Shown: positions 60,501 through 64,000 of the stretch, one piece after another | How positions within the stretch are numbered: the first letter of the stretch is position 1 | How the letters are laid out: the number at the start of each line of letters is the position of its first letter | Source: Pseudomonadales bacterium | GTDB taxonomy: Bacteria > Pseudomonadota > Gammaproteobacteria > Pseudomonadales > Azotimanducaceae | DNA length: 64,000 nt | Assembly: GCA_016779325.1 (NCBI GenBank) | Contig: JADHNU010000003.1 | Coordinates: 14,874 to 78,873, forward strand | Direction of reading: 5' to 3' | Program-made: the position numbers and the translations under genes | The notes under the pieces: model-generated | What the model was told of the DNA's origin: nothing | Seen by the model: only the letters and a program-made list of their open reading frames with translations | The model's database searches: none

Positions 60501-61769
60501 AAGCCCGCGGCGATCATCAATTTATCCCTTGGGGGCCCAGGGGGCTCCCTCAGCGAAGAGCAAACCTTTCTCGAAGCCCAGGCGGCTGGCAGCCTCATCA
60601 TTGCCGCCGCCGGCAACGAAGGGACGTCCCTACCAAGTTACCCGGCGGCGTACGACGGGGTGATTAGCGTATCGGCCACCACCATCGATGACCGCCTCGC
60701 CAGCTATTCGAATTTCGGCAGCACCATTGATATCGCGGCCCCAGGGGGAGACAACACGGCCGACCTAAACGGCGACGCCCAACCGGACCTCGTTCTCTCC
60801 ACGGACGGCGATGACGATGGCGCCATCAACCCGAGCTACGAGTTCAAAGCGGGTACCTCCATGGCCGCCCCTCACGTGGCGGGGGTGGCCGCCCTCATGA
60901 AGGCCCTGCTCCCCACACTCACGGTTGAAACCTTCACCCAAGCCCTCGAAGCGGGGCAGCTAACGGACGACCTCGGTGAACCCGGTCGCGACGACCGCTT
61001 CGGGTACGGACGCCTGAACGCATTGAAAGCCGTGCGCTTCGCCCAGGCCGTCGCCAGCGGCAACACACCGCCCGCGCCCCTCGTGCTGCGCGCCAGCCCA
61101 AGCACCTTAAACTTTGGCCGCGTAACCACGGAAATCGAAGTCAGCGTGACCGCCACGGGGGACGGTAGCGAAGGACGGATCACCCTCACTAGCGGCTCGC
61201 CGGCCCTCAGCGTCACCACCCTGGCTGCGGAGCCTGGAAGCCCAGCCCGCTTCATGGTGCGGTTAGACCGCAGCACCCTCCCCTTCGGAACCTATGCTAC
61301 CCGTCTCGACGCCGAACTCGGCGCGAGCAGCCGCCCCATCGTCGTGCGCTTTGAGAACGCCGACCCCGCGCGGGTTCTCGACGCAAACGCAGGCGTGGTC
61401 TTCATTCTTGCTATCGACCCAGACACGGGAGATTCGGTGGCCCAGGCGACAGTCCTCGCGCCCGTGAACGGCCGCTATCCCTTTAGGCTGACGGGCCTCA
61501 CCCCGGGGCGCTTTGAACTCGTGGCAGGCACGGATATGGACGGCGACTTTTTCATCGGCGATCCCGGGGAGGCCTTTGGGGGCTATCCCACTCTTGATCA
61601 GCTTGAAGAAATCAGTGTCAACGGAGACGAAACGGGCCTGGCCTTCCCCATGGTGTTCCAGTTCATCGATGCGCAAGGCGCGAGCCTCGGCACTGACGCC
61701 TCGGCAAGACCTGCTCGACAAGGCTTTAGACGGCTTCGCCAAAACAACGAGAAACAGCTTGCCCCCTAG
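57573..61769 (+). CDS. Giant multidomain lipoprotein with subtilisin-like (S8) serine protease domain
   Basis: 1398 aa. Lipobox LAGLAAC followed by a Gly/Pro linker. Ala-rich region of unknown fold (about aa 130-410). Thrombospondin type-3-like Asp repeats (DLDGDG..DSDGDG..DDDNDG, aa 412-460). PKD-like domain (aa about 470-553, WRFGDGS). PPC/pre-peptidase-like domain (aa about 575-702). S8 catalytic triad contexts VIDTGV (Asp862), HGTHVAG (His914), GTSMAAPHVAG (Ser1096). Then roughly 240 aa of beta-rich C-terminal region. Confidence 0.88.
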   Translation: MKRLPRVLLLAFLAGLAACGGGAGGGGGPAPSPTPSPPALAVLSGVAATGQALSAATIRLENAAGETLAQTMATEAGRFTLRIPRDATGPLTLRAAEAGLRAFLPELPSPGGSATVHINPITEAVSRRFSTPPGTLSALSTAGDRLLAEAVGSTAYGLFASDPTFQARSASSRGTPADALLDALTVLSAAEEETLADALGRWAEAGSGPKTGLALPGLLSYGLLQNDLSVAEVPTAFETLGLENRRSDAAVQQAAALLAAEAEPVAITNLAVSGAFFALSGLDEAGTLADLTDARVAPALLGTLTRALEDLTLTAVIDPARDRTLLARTAAAAHRLGRLVAPLPAQALSQDGNRGLLDLALAASSVGGALLTDLLAGPADALPAPLTVDSLEGAREALQTLLEGTPTVAAQADLDGDGTPFPNDTFPFDPTEQQDSDGDGLGNNTDPDDDNDGIPDTEDERPLTPDAIAPSARFSASTVEALAPALVTFDASASLPGGPLATLESFSWRFGDGSEGLGQLVAHRFDSPGIFPVTLTVENSAGLSASITQTLTIRPATGTVQISGFVDIASSSNVDSDLNDPDSLVRSNNQLAEAQPIANPTQLGGYLNAPEGGASGPLFVSGDAIDYFRFDAVGGEVIDLNIAEPDELDIDLYLLTLDGQEVDASINLGSREQVIVPEAGAYLLSVEIFDGAGGSNYILQLSTQALGANIAPTLWQASDPFVPYELLYLEKPAAKAGYGQRLADLTRGLASQRAGALHRLVLKPQAGARSPLTRRPSESAQDPQRRAARPTRHPGKGAVLRAMKRLQQSGAVTFAEPNLRRRAYVTPNDPAFAVQWHFGNLKLEDAWELTQGSDEVIVAVIDTGVIDHPDLQDRLVGGYDFIAQADNALDGDGIDPDPTDPGDGCGGLFPSSFHGTHVAGTIGASTNNGVGVAGVTWAGRIMPLRVLGCDGGTSFDIVQAVRYAAGLDNVSGTRPPKPAAIINLSLGGPGGSLSEEQTFLEAQAAGSLIIAAAGNEGTSLPSYPAAYDGVISVSATTIDDRLASYSNFGSTIDIAAPGGDNTADLNGDAQPDLVLSTDGDDDGAINPSYEFKAGTSMAAPHVAGVAALMKALLPTLTVETFTQALEAGQLTDDLGEPGRDDRFGYGRLNALKAVRFAQAVASGNTPPAPLVLRASPSTLNFGRVTTEIEVSVTATGDGSEGRITLTSGSPALSVTTLAAEPGSPARFMVRLDRSTLPFGTYATRLDAELGASSRPIVVRFENADPARVLDANAGVVFILAIDPDTGDSVAQATVLAPVNGRYPFRLTGLTPGRFELVAGTDMDGDFFIGDPGEAFGGYPTLDQLEEISVNGDETGLAFPMVFQFIDAQGASLGTDASARPARQGFRRLRQNNEKQLAP

Positions 61770-61793
61770 GCAAGCGCAGGGGAGGACCACCGC

Positions 61794-63032
61794 ATGAGTC
61801 AAGCTACGCACCGAGAGGCCCTTTCGGCCCTCGACCCCAGCCAACCGGGGCGCTTTGCCGACGGTAGCTGGCGCGAAACTTTTGCCCGCCTGCGCGCGGA
61901 CGATCCCGTGCATTACTGCGCCGATAGCCCGACCGGGCCCTACTGGTCCGTCACGCGGCCTGGGGATATCAAAGCCGTGGACATGAACCATCAGCTGTTC
62001 TCCTCGGAGGTGGGCGGCATCACCATCGCCGAGCCGGAGCTCGACGAAGCAATCCGCCTCGATAACTTCATCGCCATGGATGAGCCCAAGCATTCAGCGC
62101 AGCGGAAAGCCGTTGCGCCGTCCGTCGCACCGACGAACCTGGCCCGCCTTGAACCGCTCATTCGCGAACGGGTGGTCGATATCCTCGAGCATCTGCCCGT
62201 GGGTACGCCCTTCAACTGGGTGCCTGCGGTCTCCGTGGAGCTGACCGCGCGCATGCTGGCCACCCTCTTCGAGTTTCCCTATGAGGACCGGCACAAGCTC
62301 ATTCACTGGTCCGATATCACCACCGCCTCCCCCGAGCTCATGGGAGAGGCCGGGGTCACTCGGGATGTGCGCGCGGCGGCGTTTAAGGATTGCGCGGAAA
62401 CCTTTATGGGCCTCTGGAACGACCGCGCCGGGAAGCCGCCCCAAGCAGACCTCATCTCCATGCTGGTGCACGGCGAATCCACCCGCGATATGCACACCCG
62501 ACCCACGGAGTTCCTGGGCAACATCATGCTGCTCATCGTGGGGGGCAACGACACCACGCGGAACTCCATCAGCGGCGGGGTCCTCGCCCTGAATCAACAG
62601 CCCGAAGAAATGGCCAAGCTGCGGAACGACCCAACCCTCATCCCCAACATGGTGGCCGAGATGATCCGCTGGCAGTCCCCAGTCATCCACATGCGCCGCA
62701 CGGTGCAGGCGGACGTCGAGTTCCAAGGAAAAGCCTTTAAAAAGGGCGACAAGGTGGTGATGTGGTATTTGTCCGGGAACCGGGACGAAACGGTGTTCGA
62801 GGACGCCGATAAGCTCCGCATTGACCGCCCCAATGCCCGGGCCCACGTCAGCTTCGGCTTCGGTGTGCACCGCTGCATGGGCAATCGCCTCGCCGAGCTC
62901 CAGCTACGGATTCTTTGGGAGGAGCTTCTCGCCCGTTTCTCGAGCATCGAGGTCGTCGGCGACGCCGTGTTCAATCCGAACAACTTCATTCACGGCATCG
63001 CCGATTTGCCCGTGGTGTTGAAGCGGGCTTAG
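61794..63032 (+). CDS. CYP153-family cytochrome P450 (alkane/terminal hydroxylase type)
   Basis: 412 aa. I-helix LLIVGGNDTTRNS (CYP153 signature), EMIRWQSP, heme loop FGFGVHRCMGNRLAE, and end-to-end similarity to CYP153A sequences as I recall them. Confidence 0.9.
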   Translation: MSQATHREALSALDPSQPGRFADGSWRETFARLRADDPVHYCADSPTGPYWSVTRPGDIKAVDMNHQLFSSEVGGITIAEPELDEAIRLDNFIAMDEPKHSAQRKAVAPSVAPTNLARLEPLIRERVVDILEHLPVGTPFNWVPAVSVELTARMLATLFEFPYEDRHKLIHWSDITTASPELMGEAGVTRDVRAAAFKDCAETFMGLWNDRAGKPPQADLISMLVHGESTRDMHTRPTEFLGNIMLLIVGGNDTTRNSISGGVLALNQQPEEMAKLRNDPTLIPNMVAEMIRWQSPVIHMRRTVQADVEFQGKAFKKGDKVVMWYLSGNRDETVFEDADKLRIDRPNARAHVSFGFGVHRCMGNRLAELQLRILWEELLARFSSIEVVGDAVFNPNNFIHGIADLPVVLKRA

Positions 63033-63036
63033 GGGG

Positions 63037-64000
63037 TTAGCGAATCGCTAACCCCGCGAAAGTCCCCTTACCCCACCAATCCCGCAGGTAGCGGAAGTAG
63101 GCGGTGGGGCCCGCCGGGTAGCCCGTGTGATAGCGGGCGCCCGGCCCGGGATCCTGCCCCTCGTTGTTGTAGTAGCCCGGCGTGCATTCCTGGGAGCCAA
63201 TCATGGCGCGCGGCGGCGCCGACAGCAGCAGATCGACCCACGCCTTCTCCGCTTCCTCCGTGACCTCAATGGTCTTTGCCCCGCGCTGCTCCGCCTCCGC
63301 GACCACGGCAGCGATAGCCTGCCCCGACTCGGTCAGGTTATGAGGCACGTTGGAGATCAGGTTTGCCCCCTGGGTGGGCTGGACGATAAACAGATTCGGG
63401 AACCCCGCCACATGGGTACCGTGGAGGGAGCGCATGCCCTCGGCCCAGCGCGTCGACAGGCGCAAACCGTCCCGCCCGGCGGGGTCAAAGCCCGCTCGCT
63501 CGGTGAAGGGCGTGCCCACCTCGAAGCCCGAAGCGTAGATGATGCAGTCCACTTCATAGTGCTCACCGCCCACCACCACGCCCGTCTCCGTAATTTCCTG
63601 TACGCCCTGCCCGTCCGTATCAAGCAGCACGGCCGCGGGCTCGTTAAAGGCCTGAAGGTACTGATCGTGAAAGCAGGGGCGTTTGCAGAGCTGGCGATAC
63701 CAGGCCTGAAGCTTCTCCCCCGTCGCCGGGTCCTGCACCACGGTGCGGGCGCGGGTGCGGATCTCTTCCATCTTTTCGTCGTCGGCCTCTTCATAGGCCG
63801 CCAGCATGCCCGCAGGGGTGCGCTGCTCAGGAGGCAAGCTCATCACCTTCTCCCGAATACGCCGGGAGAGATCGGTCCAGCCGTCCTGCACCAGGTCTTC
63901 CTTGGCCGTGCCCATGGCCTGGTTTTCCGTGAAGTTCTCCAGCCAGCGCTGCTGCCAGCCTGGGGTGGCGATAGAGGCAAACCAGTCCGGATCGATGGGG
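63037..64000 (-). CDS. Flavin-dependent Baeyer-Villiger-type monooxygenase (partial; N-terminus beyond window end)
   Basis: The reading frame stays open to base 64000 (my hand translation upstream of the first Met gives ...DPDWFASIATPGWQQRWLENFTENQA). The C-terminal region has DCIIYASGFE, GFPNLF and CTPGYYNNEG, typical of type I BVMOs. FAD/NADPH motifs would lie outside the window. Confidence 0.7.
   Translation of the reverse strand, partial: PIDPDWFASIATPGWQQRWLENFTENQAMGTAKEDLVQDGWTDLSRRIREKVMSLPPEQRTPAGMLAAYEEADDEKMEEIRTRARTVVQDPATGEKLQAWYRQLCKRPCFHDQYLQAFNEPAAVLLDTDGQGVQEITETGVVVGGEHYEVDCIIYASGFEVGTPFTERAGFDPAGRDGLRLSTRWAEGMRSLHGTHVAGFPNLFIVQPTQGANLISNVPHNLTESGQAIAAVVAEAEQRGAKTIEVTEEAEKAWVDLLLSAPPRAMIGSQECTPGYYNNEGQDPGPGARYHTGYPAGPTAYFRYLRDWWGKGTFAGLAIR

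Noticed and set aside
1-64000. Looked for tRNA/rRNA genes, CRISPR repeats, IS inverted repeats, integrase/transposase/phage genes, toxin-antitoxin pairs and defence-system hallmarks.
   Set aside because: None was recognisable by eye in any intergenic gap or ORF. Gaps are short and mostly explained by promoters and terminators. A tRNAscan/Infernal/ISfinder/DefenseFinder run would be the proper confirmation.

Overview
Visibly GC-rich, densely packed chromosomal segment. Its gene order is typical of Gammaproteobacteria (Pseudomonas-like synteny blocks); the organism cannot be named from sequence alone. I recognise about 56 protein genes. I saw no rRNA, tRNA, CRISPR array, IS element, integrase or prophage gene by eye. 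From 0 to 51 kb the content is mostly housekeeping. Gene order, with | marking a strand switch: SDR, alpha/beta hydrolase, MvaT-type H-NS-like protein, comEA, lapA, ihfB, rpsA, cmk, tyrA, hisC, pheA, serC, gyrA | mtaD, ubiG, yciK | rluB, scpB, scpA, trpS, yciO | yciB, pdxJ, gdhA, LysE exporter, ppiA, argS | fatty-acid desaturase | sseA-type sulfurtransferase, mnmC | serA | TetR | murG-like, hda, membrane protein, DUF2066 | purM, purN, DUF3108 | dcd, apbC | metG, rnf-like operon, nth | argG | rnt, bfd, bfr | grxD | patB/malY-like. From 51 to 64 kb the content looks more accessory: a Na+/H+ antiporter fused to a cyclic-nucleotide-binding (CNB) domain, a ClC channel and a voltage-gated-type K+ channel in one operon, a stand-alone tandem-CNB protein, a 1398-aa lipoprotein subtilase with unusual domain order, a CYP153-family P450, and a partial Baeyer-Villiger monooxygenase. 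The observations most worth follow-up are: (1) an intact, translationally coupled but strongly degenerate rnf/rsx operon, in which RnfC is reduced to its ferredoxin module and the RnfA/RnfE homologues contain no cysteine; (2) the cNMP-linked ion-transport cluster; (3) the giant S8 lipoprotein; (4) a Gram-positive-type MurG-like glycosyltransferase apparently co-operonic with hda. None of these is proven novel. All need database and HMM checks that I cannot run here.
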